Of a stretch of DNA of 64,000 bases, positions 48,437 to 61,158 are shown one piece after another (position 1 is the first letter of the stretch; each line of letters opens with the position of its first letter). The notes beneath the pieces were generated by a model that worked only from the letters and a program-made list of their open reading frames with translations, had not been told where the DNA came from and did not search any database. The stretch is from Podarcis gaigeae (lineage: Eukaryota). The position numbers were made by a program, and so were the translations under genes. The DNA lies in NCBI GenBank assembly GCA_964106915.2, contig OZ066919.1. The stretch is one strand, 5' to 3'.

Positions 48437-50829
48437 AAGCATCACAAAAACTGAAGAGATCCATTCTGATGCAAGACATTACGTTACCAGGAATCCATGC
48501 AGCCCTTAAGTAGGTTATTCCCAGTGCAAAAATAAGTAGAGATGCTAGGCAGCTAAGCAAGTTTAGTTCCAACAATTCACACACACCCCTCCTGAATATA
48601 TTCAGATGCCCAATTCCTATCCAAATATTCCAAATCTACACCCTCTCTTTTGTTCTGCGCGCTGGGCTATTACCCTGCTGACTTGGCTTCTTTAAAGCTG
48701 CACAAACAGCTCTCAATGCCTGGGAAAGACTAGAAGAGGGTTGTGCAAAATATAAGGCAAGGTCCTTAAGGCATGGACATGTTAGAATCCCGAGACTTCC
48801 CAGTTTCCATTTTAAAAAACGCCAGCACTTTTCTAACACTCATGGTTGTAGAGAAAAGTGTGGATATGTGATGGCAAACAACATTTCCAGTGTGGTCCTC
48901 TGTGCCAAATAAGCTTATCTCGCCCGTGGATTAGACTCACGCTGCCTGTTTGCTAGCCAAGAGGAAGTTTGCTGCAGGCAGCCGCTGAGTAGATGCATAA
49001 ACCTTTCTACCAGAGAAGAACTAGTTTCCCTGGGCACAGAGCCCAGTTTTTATTTAACTCCTGAGCATGTACGTAATATCAAATATACCAAGCTGCGAAG
49101 CAGACTGTGGAATTCCAGGCTCCTTGTAAAAGAGCAAGATTGGAATAGGAAGTATTGTAAAAGTTGTCTCGGTGGTCTCTTCTCGTCCAGGCTACCCTCT
49201 TCCCGAGTTCCACTCTAACCAGCAGGAATCACTGCCAAACTCCAAGCATCTCCCAGCAAAATCTGGAAGGCAGTTGTGCGCCCTCTGCAAACTTTAGCAC
49301 CCAAAGGTGTGTCTGCATGCTCCTCTAGAGAAACTGTGCTCATGCCATAAACCTTGGCGTCTTGAACCAAAACAAGATGTTTTATAATTGAGAAATCAAA
49401 CCTCCGCCGTGTTGCAATGGAATCACATGACTCCCCCTCCTCAAGGAAGGGAAATCTCAGGGTAGGAAGTCAGCTAGACGGAGGGGATGCCAACTCATTA
49501 TAATCAAATGCATCTATTAGAGCCCCACCACCATCATTATCATTAAAGAAAAGCACTTCAGAGGAGTAGTGGGAGGCGACATGCCAAAGCATCTCCCTGC
49601 CTGTTGTTTCACTGCTGCAAATAGCTGGGAAAGTGGCTTTTCCAAAAAAAACAGAGAGGAATATAGCACCAGAGCTCACTTGTGCGTAACATGCAGTCAA
49701 CATCTAAGTGCCTGCCCCTCTTCACATGCATGTGTGATGTGGGAGTCACTTTCCTTTGGCTTGATGTCCCACATGGGTGTTGCCACCAGAAGAACTATGT
49801 GGGTGAGGCTAATTGCAGGTGACTTTGCCACCTAATTGGTGGCCTGCACACAACCAGCTCAGCGCATGAACCAATTTCATGTGGAATTACGGTAACCAAT
49901 ATGAGGCTAATGGTTAAGGGAATCAGCCTCCGTATCCTTCTATGTCTGCAGAATCCCCATTTGAAGATTAGAAATGCTGGACATGCCTACTCGGGGGAAG
50001 TACATTCATCATCAAGCATCGCAGCCAAAATTCCAAAGGGCTGGTGGTGCCCCACCTGCAGCTCTGCAAAGAACATTAGTTATCTTCTACGAATTTCTTG
50101 CCCAACTACTCAGCCTGACAAAACTCCCTCCGGGATATGTTTGCAGCCGGTACAACTTTGACCTACTGACACATACTCAGGGGCTTTCCAGATAACAGCA
50201 ATGAATAAAGTTTGGTTTGCTTGTTTAAATAAGAGGGGTTATTAGTTGGACTCAGTGGAGCAATGTCCTGCCTAAGGGTTTGAGAGAAATTACGTTTGGT
50301 TCACATTTCAATTCGAAACTCCCTGTTCTACACTTCCTAAAACAATATGCAAACAGAACTGCAGTTATCCTTAGAAATTTGGATTTATCCAGATTTTGCG
50401 AAGCAGTTGTCCAGCCAAAGAATGTGTGCAAAAATGGGTACATCAGGGAACGGTGTGCATGAAATGCATATACATGTGAAAACTACATACAAAATGCATT
50501 ATGTTAGGGATAATTGCTTCCCAAAAAAATGTGTTTAGCAGGGGAGATTTGCACTAAAACGCTGATGAACGTTTATGAGGACTTGAGGAATTTGAAGGTA
50601 GAAGCACAGAATAATGAGAAACTCTGGGAAATGGGCACTGGAAGATCCATCTATCCTTAGTCCTACTCCCTACTCTCCATGCTCAAATTTCAGGGTGGCC
50701 AGAGGGGACGATGGTGAGCTTCAGGCCTGGAGGCCAAATAGCTATCATTTTTAGAAGTGGCAGCGAAACTGTGATTTAGCTAAAATGCAGGCAGGTGTGG
50801 TTTCACTGAAAGCCCCCTACCTTTCCCCT

Positions 50830-50897
50830 TATACTTGGAACACTAATGGAACACTATACTTGGAACACTATACTTGGAACACTAATGTTTTGAACAC
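50830..50897. repeat. Short tandem repeat (unit about 14 bp, TATACTTGGAACAC)
   Basis: About 5 imperfect copies sharing (G)GAACAC. Confidence 0.8.
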
Positions 50898-51167
50898 AAG
50901 ATGTTCCAGGGCTGAAGAAAATAAGTGCACAGCCTGGAACTGGGGGGAAAAAGACTGGTGGTGGTAAGATTAACAAACTGGTGGGACATGGGTGTGATGA
51001 AGCTCTCTTGTGCTGCAATAATACAGCAAGGGCACATTCTACTCCAGAGAAATAAGTACAGCAGCAGCAACAAAACACACCACCCACCCACCCACACACC
51101 AGTTTATAGAATTGTGCAAGACTGGGAAGGGAAATGTGTGCCAGTGTTACTGGGACATAATCTCAGA

Positions 51168-51357
51168 GTTGTGGCTCAGTGGCATAGCACACACTTGGCA
51201 TGTAAAATGTTCCAAATTCAATCCCAGCATCTCTAGGTAGGACTGGGAGAGAGCCCTGAAACCCTGGAGAGCTGCTGCCAGTCCGTGTAGACAGTAATGA
51301 GCTAAGCACACCAGGAAGCCTCCCAGTTGGGCTCAGGAAGCCTCCCATGTCCCTATG
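51168..51357 (+). mobile_element. Squam3-like SINE
   Basis: gctcagtgg...ttcaatcccagcatctctaggtaggactgggaga...gaaaccctggagagctgctgccagtccgtgtagaca. Confidence 0.7.
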
Positions 51358-51549
51358 ACGAATGCTGCTTGCCACCAGCAATGTCAAAAACAATAGATAG
51401 TGAACCTATGACCCTCCTTGTTGGACTTCAGCTCCCATCATTCCTGACTATTGGCTACTAGCTTGAGGATGATGGGAGTGGGAGTCGAATGACAACACCT
51501 GGAAGGCCAGAGTTTCTCTACCCATCTCTGCAATAGAGACAAAACAGTA

Positions 51550-51791
51550 CAGTGGTACCTTGGGTTACATACGCTTCAGGTTACATACACTTCAGGTTAC
51601 ACACTCCGCTAACCCAGAAATAGTGCTTCAGGTTAAGAACTTTGCTTCAGGATAAGAACAGAAATCGGGCTCTGGCAGCGCAGTGGCAGCAGGAGGCCCC
51701 ATTAGCTAAAGTGGTACCTCAGGTTAAGAACAGTTTCAGGTTAAGAACGGACCTCCGGAACGAATTAAGTACTTAACCTGAGGTACCACTG
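51550..51791 (+). mobile_element. Tc1/mariner (Tigger-like) MITE, copy 1
   Basis: TIR CAGTGGTACCT / AGGTACCACTG, 5' TA flank. Confidence 0.85.
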
Positions 51792-53369
51792 TCTCATAGT
51801 CCAGACAGAGCTGAAAGCTACAAATAGATGGGCGAGCTATGAGAAGTGTGTTACAATTTCACATCACAACAATTCGTGTGCTCAGAAAACACAATATCCC
51901 TGGCCAGAACAGACCCCCTAGGTCAGGAAAGACATGTCAGACATTTACCACCATAATACGGACAACTGTGTATTTATCGTGCAATAAACCAATAATCCGG
52001 AAAAGTCCTCCAGGTGCCCAATCCCAGACTGTGAGTCAAAACCCTCCTCCTGCCCCCACCGTAGTCGCAAAGATGTTTAAACAACCCCCTGGGCAGTTTT
52101 AAAAGTAACTCATGCTGAGTGAGCTCTTTTTCGTTTGTCTTCTACACACCAAGGCAGAAACAGGGCTGCCAACTGGCTGAATTATTATTTTTAATTAACT
52201 GTGCAGTTTTAATTGATTAATTGAACAATTAAGAGATTAAAATCTCAATACTAAGCAATAATTATCACCACCTTTCCCCCAAGGAGTCTCCCAGATGCCC
52301 CACACCCTGAAAAGCTTGGCTGTCTATTTTGCCTCCACTGAAGGAAGGGTTCCACATATCCTGGTCGGAGCTCCCACAATTCAATACCTTCCCATTATAC
52401 CTCCTTTGCTATATTCTCCCTGTTTGTATCAGCTGCCAACGTGTGGCTAAAATATACTCAGCACTGAAGCATATCTTCAAAATGTATCTTTTTGACTGGA
52501 AGAATACCAGACTTCAGAAAACCAGAAAAATGATTGCACCAAAAATGGATTCTGTGGCGTTGCAGCTGCGAAACCACCAAACCCCAATTGCTGGGAAGCA
52601 GCAACACTAGCCCAGAGTTGGCACAATATATTTTGCTGCCCGAGGTGAAGCAGCAAGTGGCACCCGTCCCACCTCAAGCCACACTGAATCCCAGGCTGGA
52701 AATGTTATGTTTACACCCAGGGCAGCAAATCCCAAAAGCAACCCCCATAGCAGGAAAAATATAATAAGGAAAAGAACAAAATTTGAGAATTTGCTGCCCT
52801 TGCGTGACATACACAACCAGCTGCCTGAGGTGGTGGCTCTTCTCTGTGCAATGGCAGGGCTGGCCCTGCCTGCCTCCAACAAGAATGGCTGCTGCACTTC
52901 GGTCAGTAGAGAGAAGAGGTCTGGTGTCCTGAATAGCAAGCGGATAGTTCCTTTAGCAGCAATACTAGTTGTCAAGTTACTCCCTGTGCCATTTTGAAAT
53001 GGCTTATATGTACACCCCCTCACGCCCCCCAAATGTTTAGGGATCTTCCCCACAATCCAGCTGCCACTGAAGGCTGTGTGTTCCCCTTTTGCACTGCTCA
53101 AGGAAACACTTCCTACAAATGAAGAACACCACCACTAACCCCAGCCATACCAAGACTATCCCCAGCCCGGTTCCACCATGTGGAGTTGGCCAGCAAATGT
53201 GTAGGACTAGGAGATCGCCTGAAGCAACTGGCAGCAGATGAGGCAGTGCTCTTAAAAGGGGCACTCAGTGCACTGAGGATGCTGAATGGTGGCCAAGGGG
53301 TAAGGGGCCCCTATCTGACAAATTAGTGCCCGGGGCATGTGAGGGTGCTAGGTCAGTACGTTGCAGGTA

Positions 53370-53588
53370 CAGCCATACCTTGGAAGTCGAACAGAATCCG
53401 TTCCGGAAGTCCATTCAACTTCCAAAATGTTCGAAAATCAAATCTTCTAGCAGAGCAGCCAACCAGAAGCCACAAAAGCCCCGTTGTTCGTTTGGGTTCC
53501 AAAAAGTGGAGTGATCACTTCTGGGTATGCGGCGTTCGGGAGCCAAAACGTCCGAGTTCCAGGGCATTCAGGATCCAAGGTATGATGG
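53370..53588. mobile_element. Tigger-like MITE of a second family
   Basis: TA|CAGCCATACCTTGGA ... TCCAAGGTATGATGG|TA. Confidence 0.7.
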
Positions 53589-54355
53589 TATTTGACACCC
53601 GTTGTCGGCTGCTGGTATCATAGCTCATGCCCACACTTGGGGGATGCCAGCTAGTCAGCTGCCACATGCCTGCAGACCTAGCAGCCCCTATGTCTCTGCT
53701 GCCACATCCCTCTGGTAAAGGCATCTAGCTCGCCAGCCCTCATTAGTGGCAGCCTCTTACTTCCCAATGCATCACTTCACCAGTTACTACTGGCTGGATA
53801 AAAGCATCAGTTTTGCAGGACCCTACATTCCTATGTGCATACAGTCCCTGCCAAAGACCTCAAATGCTCCTTCCTCCCACCAGGCAAGATAATCAGCCCG
53901 GAAAGTGATTTTGTCTTGAGGCCCTTTCTGTTTCTGTTCTGTTTCTGTTCTGCCTCTAGTCACAGGGCTGCCTTCCCACCTTTTAACCCAGGAGAGCTTC
54001 CTCTGCACTGTCCCGCAGAAACAGGGAGGGCTGAGAGAGAGAGAACAACAGGGCAGCACCCAGCAGACCAAGAGCTGCACCTCCTATTATGGATTTCCAA
54101 TACAAAAGCAACTTCCATGTAAGACATCACAGGCAGGCAGCACATAGATGTAAACGCATACACTCAGAAGCCACGACCAGGACAAAAAAAATGCACATGC
54201 AACACATGGCAACCCATCTATGGATTTTAATGCTATAGTTGTGACTTCCTTTAAGCAGGGAATCTGCAACATGTGAAATAACCCATAGAGAAGGGGAAGA
54301 GAATTGCTGATTTCACCAGAGCTCTGTTTTTTTTTTTTTTTAATGTAACCAACTA

Positions 54356-54589
54356 CAGTGGTACCTCACGTTACATACACTTCAGGTTACATACGCTTCA
54401 GGTTACAGACTCCGCTAACCCAGAAATAGTACCTCGGGTTAAGAACTTTGCTTCAGGATGAGAACAGAAATTGTGCTCCGGCGGCAGTGGGAGGCCCCAT
54501 TAGCTAAAGTGGTGCTTCAGGTTAAGAACAGTTTCAGGTTAAGAACAGACCTCTGGAACAAATTAAGTACTTAACCCGAGGTACCACTG
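54356..54589 (+). mobile_element. Tc1/mariner (Tigger-like) MITE, copy 2
   Basis: TA|CAGTGGTACCTC ... GAGGTACCACTG|TA. Confidence 0.88.
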
Positions 54590-54786
54590 TATTAATGGAT
54601 TCACCCCAATAAAGTAGCAATTCCCATTCTATGTCTAATTATCTCAAGAACACCAGGAAGCTGGATACTTACATTCCGAAAAATAAATACTCCACAAAAT
54701 TTTCTAATGATTTGGAAATACTGATCATCAATAAACAACAGCCCCTCTCTCCCTTTTCGAATCAGAAAGCAACAGGACTCCCTTAC

Positions 54787-55000
54787 CTGCTGGGCTCGGT
54801 CCCCGATTCAGAATAGCTGGTATCAGGAGAAAAATAAGCGAGAGGAAGCCAGTTCTGCCCTAGTGTTCCAATCTCCAAAGCTGCTGGATTTTTCGTTGAG
54901 TTCACACTTCCGACCCCTCGGCTGCTTCCCTCCTTCCAGGCACCGTCTTGCTCTGCCACAGAAACTGTGTTACTTGTTTTGACTTGAGTCAGAGGGGAGG
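54787..55000 (-). promoter_or_regulatory. Candidate non-coding 5' exon / promoter of INAVA (upper limit uncertain)
   Basis: Consensus donor CAG|GTAAGG at 54787/54786 on -, local CpG enrichment and a GGGGAGGGG box near 54994. The first coding exon has an acceptor, so an upstream exon is expected. Confidence 0.4.
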
Positions 55001-55489
55001 GGCAGGTGAGCAATACCTTTTCAGCCACAGTGGAATCAGCACAGCCAAATCCTTCCAGGCACAGAAGGACAAGCCAACACATGGCACCAAAGGGGAGGGA
55101 CTAGAGGGACAGCCTCTTTCTTGCAAAAGGCTCCCAGGAATCCCTCCCTCGCCCCTGAACTGATCCTTAAGAAAAAGAGAAAGCAGCAGTATGTTTGCTT
55201 TCACTGCAGCCAGCTCCAGACCAACACTCAGGCATTGCATACCCAAAATTAATTTGATTCCACACTTATAACTCATTGCAATATAAACATACTCTGAGCC
55301 CTCCAATGATAAGTAATGAGATCATTAGTATTTGGATACCAGATGTTGCTACACTTCAGAAAGCTCAGGGGCCACTTTTTATAACACTGTTTTGTATTTG
55401 GTACTGAGGGTAAAACTACTATGCATTACATTCAAACACATTTAACAATACCCTGACAGCTGCTGCTTCTGCTACTACTACTGCTACTA

Positions 55490-55704
55490 CAGTGGTACCT
55501 CGGGCTAAGTACTTAATTCGTTCCGGAGGTCCGTTCTTAACCTGAAACTGTTCTTAACCGGAAGTACCACTTTAGCTAATGGGGCCTCCTGCTGCCGAAG
55601 CACAATTTCTGTTCTCATCCTGAAGCAAAGTTCTTAACTCGAGATACTATTTCTGGGTTAGCGGAGTCTGTAACCTGAAGCGTCTGTAACCAGAGGTACC
55701 ACTG
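55490..55704 (-). mobile_element. Tc1/mariner (Tigger-like) MITE, copy 3 (inverted)
   Basis: Same TIRs and TA TSD; internal sequence is the reverse complement of copies 1, 2 and 4. Confidence 0.88.
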
Positions 55705-58510
55705 TATTAAGGAAAAACAACTTAGGGAAGATGGTGATCTGCAGCAGTGAAGGAGGGGTGCTTTCCTCTCCCCACATCTGCCACTATTTAACTGCACCTC
55801 CTTCCCTTTCCCTGCAATACATTTTCCTCTCCACGGTTTTTTCTTCCTGATCATGTTTACCTTTGCAAGCAAGGAAAACAGCCTTTGGACAGAAATTGCA
55901 GTGAGAAAGAAATAGGCTGGGGAAGGGTCAAGCCCCCCTTCCTCCCACAGCAGTTTCAAACTTGGGGGGGGGCGCGGAGTGCTCTTGTGCTCAGGTCCTG
56001 CTCGTCTCCCACAAGCATCCATTGGGATGCTGGCCATTGGGATGCTGACTTAGATGGGCCACTGGCCTGATCCAGCCTGCTCAAGGTGGGACTGAGGCCA
56101 GAAGCTGTGTGGCTCCAGCTGCATTTCCCTTTGGACAGCACAGCAAATAAGGTGTAGGGGTGTGTGTGTGTGTGTGTGTGTCACAGCTAATTCAAAGGCA
56201 AAAAGAGGAGGGCATTTGCTATCATTTTTCAAACCCACTGGTTATACTGTCCCCAGTCAGTCTCAAAGGCCTCACTACTTCTACACAGAAGCTGCCTTGC
56301 AGCCTGTGCTGACATGGAGAAAGTGAAGCGTTGATGAAGAGACGTTGCTCGGAGACCATTTTTAAGACACCTGCTCCAGTAGTGTACTCCAGAATAGGGC
56401 GCAGAAAATCAAGTCGTTTCCTATATTGCCAAGACCCAGTCGCTCTCTGTGCAGCTGTTTCCTCACTTGTTCCCAACCAAACATCAGAAACAACAAATAG
56501 TTATTTGAGCATAGATTCCCCATACTGCCCTTTGGAAAGAAGCTGCTATTACAGTCTGGGCTCCTTGTTTTCATACCCAACGCTTAACCACTAGTGGGAT
56601 CTGCGAGTAGATGTTCCATAGTGGTAGCTGAACTCCAGGGGGAGGTTCACAGTAAGTATTCTCAGGCCCTGGGTGCTCAATAAAGGCTTACCCAGGCTAG
56701 TTATTGGAAACTCCAGTATAAGCAGGCTTCCTGTTGTAGCTGAAACTTGTTTGAGAAACAATACCTTCCTAGGTCTTTGCATGCTTTGATATCTTGGTTG
56801 CTCTTTGGTTCTGGCTTGCTTGTTGATTCTGCCTCCCGGTTTTTCCTACAGTCCTGACTTGCTTTTCAGCCCTAAGGTCTGGCTTCTTCTTGACTCAGCC
56901 AATTTCCCGTCTTGTTCCTGAACCCTGTTTGTCCTTTGGTTCTGATGATTTAGTTCTACAGTTCTTGATTCCCACCCCAGACTGCTGCTCTTGGCTCAGC
57001 ACTTGCAAGACCACACTGGATAAAATGTGAACCTTGGAACTTTTGAAGACTTCAAAAATTCAGCCAATGGGCTCTCTTGGGCAAATTTTGCTTCTCTGCC
57101 CCCATCCCCCATCTGCAAAGCAGGAATAACCTGTATTATAGTGTTGGGTGAATAAGATGGTGCTTGCAAAATGATTGCCACTTAGGCATGGTATAAATTA
57201 ATTTATTTTAATTAAGATTATCAGTCATAACAACTGCTTCCTCTTAGTCCGCTCTGAGCAACTAATTTGCAGTTCAGGCAAACACGCAGAACAGCTAAAA
57301 AAATCTTACCCTGGAAACTTTACTCACTCTGCTCTATGGGTTACTGAAGAAATGTGTGGTGTTTATTCAGAGGAAGAAACCCTCTGGGCTTGTTTACCAC
57401 ACTTCAAGGTAAAATGCCAAAGTATATTTGTGGTAATCTTCCCTTCAACTCTGTCATATAATACGGCCACTGATTAGGCTTATCAGTAATCTATCTATAT
57501 ACTATGGAGCTGTGGGAGCAGCTGTAGAGTTAAGGCAGCTGGCTTTTTCCATATTATATCATTATAAAACCTGAAAATTCTGCTCATTGTAAGTGTGAAG
57601 AATCTGTCTCATGAGGGGTATAATGTAACAGACAAACTGAAGCTCAATCAAGGCAAGATGGAGGTTCTGGTGGAGCATCTTTTCACAGAATCCAGCCCAT
57701 TCTGAATGGAGTTGCAGTCCCCTCTTAAGGAGCAAATTTGCAACTTGGAAGCACGTCCGAGTCCACCTCAGCTTCTGAATTGACAAGTGACAGCTGTGGC
57801 CAAGGGTGCTTTTCCACAATATCAGGGATGTGCCAGCTGCAAATTGTCCTGAGGAAGGCAGACTTTGCCACAGTCACACGTACTAGACTAATGTAACACA
57901 CTTAACATGGCGCTGCCTTGCTGAGGCAGATAAGCATAAGCATTTGCAATTGCCAGACAGAACTATTCTGTTTCTCCTCTCCCTACGTTCTGTTCTGGGG
58001 GGTTGTCATGACTCTCCAGAGTGGATTTGGGGGGAGGTGGGTGAAGCCCCATTGCACTAGCAGGAGCCTTAGCTCTGGCAAAGTGGGCAGAACAATGAAT
58101 GTAGTTTTTACCTTTGTACAGTACACTAGTTTCGACACACACATCTCCCTCTCTCCTCCATTTAGGCAAGCGATAATCAGTCTGAGAGCTCAAGGGCACA
58201 TTGTAGCCCAGCCAAAAAACACTCAAGAAGGGTGTGAGGTAAACCCTGTGGGTGGTATTGCCTGGAAAGAGCCCTAAGGTTAGATGGAGGGACCCAGATT
58301 ACCACATTTGGCCCCTGGGCCTGAAATAAGCAGCAAACACATACTACAATATCATATATTTTGCTCACTTGCAACATGCTGCACCCAATTGCCCCATTAT
58401 CTTTCTACCCCAAACGCCCCAATTCATGCATACGTCCCCCTAACTGCACTTTTTTGGGGAAACAGTGGATGCCACCAGCCAGCTAGGTATTTGGCTGCAG
58501 ATACAGACAA

Positions 58511-58862
58511 GGGATGCAGGTGGTGCTGTGGGTTAAACCACAGAGCCTAGGACTTGCAGATCAGAAGGTTGGCAGTTCGAATCCCCGTGACGGGGTGAGC
58601 TCCCATTGCTCGGTCCCTGCTCCTGCCAACCTAGCAGTTCAAAAGCACATCAAAGTGCAAGTAGATAAATAGGTACCGCTCCAGCAGGAAGGTAAAAGGC
58701 GTTTCCATGTACTGCTCTGGTTTGCCAGAAGCTGCTTAGTCATGCTGGCCACATGACCCGGAAGCTGTACGCCGGCTCCCTCGGCCAGTAAAGCGAGATG
58801 AGCGCCTCAACCCAAGAGTCATTTGCAACTGGACTGAACGGTCAGGGGTCCCTTTACCTTTA
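58511..58862 (+). mobile_element. Sauria (Squam1) SINE, second subfamily
   Basis: gggatgcaggtggtgctgtgggttaaaccac...ggtcaggggtccctttaccttta; TSD tacagacaag (58502-58511) / taccgacaag (59105-59114). Confidence 0.88.
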
Positions 58863-59104
58863 CAGTGGTACCTCAGGTTACATACGCTTCAGGATACATA
58901 CGCTTCAGGTTACAGACTCTGCTAACCCAGAAATAGTGCTTCAGGTTAAGAACTTTGCTTCAGGATGAGAACAGACATCGTGCTCCAGCGGCATGGCGGC
59001 AGCGGGAGGCCCCATTAGCTAAAGTAGTGCTTCAGGTTAAGGACAGTTTCAGGTTAAGTACGGACCTCCGGAACGAATTAAGTACTTAACCTGAAGTACC
59101 ACTG
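58863..59104 (+). mobile_element. Tc1/mariner (Tigger-like) MITE, copy 4, inserted at the SINE tail
   Basis: TA|CAGTGGTACCTC ... GAAGTACCACTG|TA. Confidence 0.88.
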
Positions 59105-60559
59105 TACCGACAAGGCTGCAGGGTGACTAAGAACTTTCAAACATTTACAGAAGGTGTAGTATGTTCTTTTTTACCAGAGAGTATTACATCTCCGATGGAC
59201 AAGGCCACACAATTTGATATATAGCATTTGAAGAGGCTATTCCACTCGGATGCTCCAAAGTCAGTGTGCAAACCAAGTTCCAAAAGTGCCAGCCAACAGA
59301 ACGCATCATTTCAAAGAAAACAGTCAACGACTAATCTAATCACCCATTGTGTACCTATTTAGAGACAGTGACTGATGCATGACTTTTGCCTTTTCTGGTG
59401 ATGGTGTGAAGATTTCCTGGATCACGCAAACAGATCCAGACAGCAAGCAGAGAAAGAAAGGCCCAGCACATGGCCAGGGATGGATCATCATCTTTTTGCC
59501 AGACAGAATTTGAAAGTTTTGTCTAGGTGCAAAACTGGACTGGCCCTGCCACACAGCAGGGTGATGTGTGTTCAGACAGCATCACGGGAGGCGGGGGTGA
59601 CCACTAAAGTCTGGAACTGGTATCTGGAGGGCATAGCAAGACTTTTATAAGTGATTGCTAGGGATGGAGGAGAAATAATTTTTTTAAAGCCCTTTCATGA
59701 GGAACTACCAAATCAGCACTTCTTGAACTCAGGGCTCATTCAGACTTCCTTCTGCGCTGAGCTTCCCAGGCACAGGTCTGCACTTTAAAGCTCCATATCT
59801 GAGCAGGGTTTTCATTTTTGTTTGCCTTGGCTCTTTCTCTGAAAAATCCCATGCTTTACTGCTGAATCGGAGCAAACAGCAATCCATAGAAAACACAATT
59901 GCCAACATGATTAATTAGAGAAAAATAACCTGAATTGGAATTGGATTGGAAATTTCTTATGGATTTTTTGCGTGAAAGAGAAAATGAACTTGTAATATCT
60001 GGATTTGAAGATTGAAAAAATACTGGTTTATAGAATATAGAATGGTTGGATCTTAAAGAATGAATATCATATGTACAGGTAGCTGCAGAAGTCCTTTTAT
60101 TTTACCCTCTATCTTTCTTTAGTTTTTTCTTGCTTTCTCCTTTAGATTTCTCATTTTCTTATATTTTCTTCCTTCTGACTTAGCTGCTTAATCTAAAAAA
60201 GAGCAGTTTTGTGCTGCAAACAGGCTGCTTAGGTACCACAAATGAGTCACTGGAAACAGGTTTTCCACCACCCTCAGATTTCCCTTGAAAAGGATAAATA
60301 AAGATTAAATGGGGAAAAATACAGGCCAGCATTTTGATGCCAACGTGTGAGTGTTTTGAAAAAAAAAATGCATGCATGTGTAGCACCCATCAGACAACAC
60401 CGCCATGTCTGGAATTACCCTACAAACACAGCACAGGATCCTCTGCTCTTTGGCCCTAATCTGTTTCTTTATATTTAATATTTGAGTGGGGGGTTTTATA
60501 CGGCGGGGCAACAAGGGAGCAACTGTTTTCGAACACTAGCAAATTGTTTTCTTTTGGTG

Positions 60560-60750
60560 AGAGCGTCAGTGTGGTGCAGCAGTTAGAACGCTGAACCCGG
60601 GAGACCAGGGTTCAAATCTCTACTCAGCCGTGAAACCTTGGGCCCTTCCCTATCACTTAACCTAGCCTACCTCACAGGGTTGCTGTGCGGATAAAATGAC
60701 TTCCTTGGAGAAAAGGTGGGATACAGACGTAATAATAAATAAATAAAAAC
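60560..60750 (+). mobile_element. MIR-like (CORE) tRNA-derived SINE
   Basis: A/B-box-like head (gtgtggtgcagcagttag...gggttcaaatc), core cctacctcacagggttgctgtgcggataaaatg, A-rich tail. Confidence 0.65.
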
Positions 60751-60908
60751 TGACCTGCAACACAGGCAAAGTTTTTTCCAAGATGTAGTGATGAGAAATG
60801 CTCAAAAGCAGCTTGCTGGGTGAAGTGGATTGATTATGCTAGATTCCTGGCAGGTGGGGTGCTCTTGGCTTACTGGGAAGAAGCGAGGTGAGGAGGTCAG
60901 TAGAGTGC

Positions 60909-61158
60909 TAATAAATAATAATAAATAATAGTAATAATAATACTGTACCCCGCCCATCTTGCTGGGTTTCCCCAACCACTCTGGGCAGCTCCCAACAGAA
61001 TATTAAAAACACAATAAAACATCAAACATTAAAAACTTCCCTAAACAAGGCTGCCTTCAGATGTCTTCTAAAAGTCAGATAGTTGTTCATTTCCTTGACA
61101 TCTGATGGGAGGGTGTTCCACAGGACGGGCGCCACAACCAAGAAGGCCCTCTGCCTGG
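60909..61158 (-). mobile_element. L2-type LINE 3' end
   Basis: On - translates as ...RAFLVVAPVLWNTLPSDVKEMNNYLTFRRHLKAALFREVF; (TTA)n-like tail. Confidence 0.75.

Larger units (their letters stand above)
26600..54900 (-). other. INAVA: INAVA (C1orf106, innate immunity activator) gene span; ends approximate
   Basis: Nine coding exons splice in phase to 1806 nt (601 aa), with a CUPID/DUF3338 region (LRRLCLREAELTG.LP.EYPL) and C-terminal EIITQV. Confidence 0.93.

Noticed and set aside
50830-50897. CRISPR-like array
   Set aside because: It is a simple tandem repeat with no unique spacers, in eukaryotic DNA
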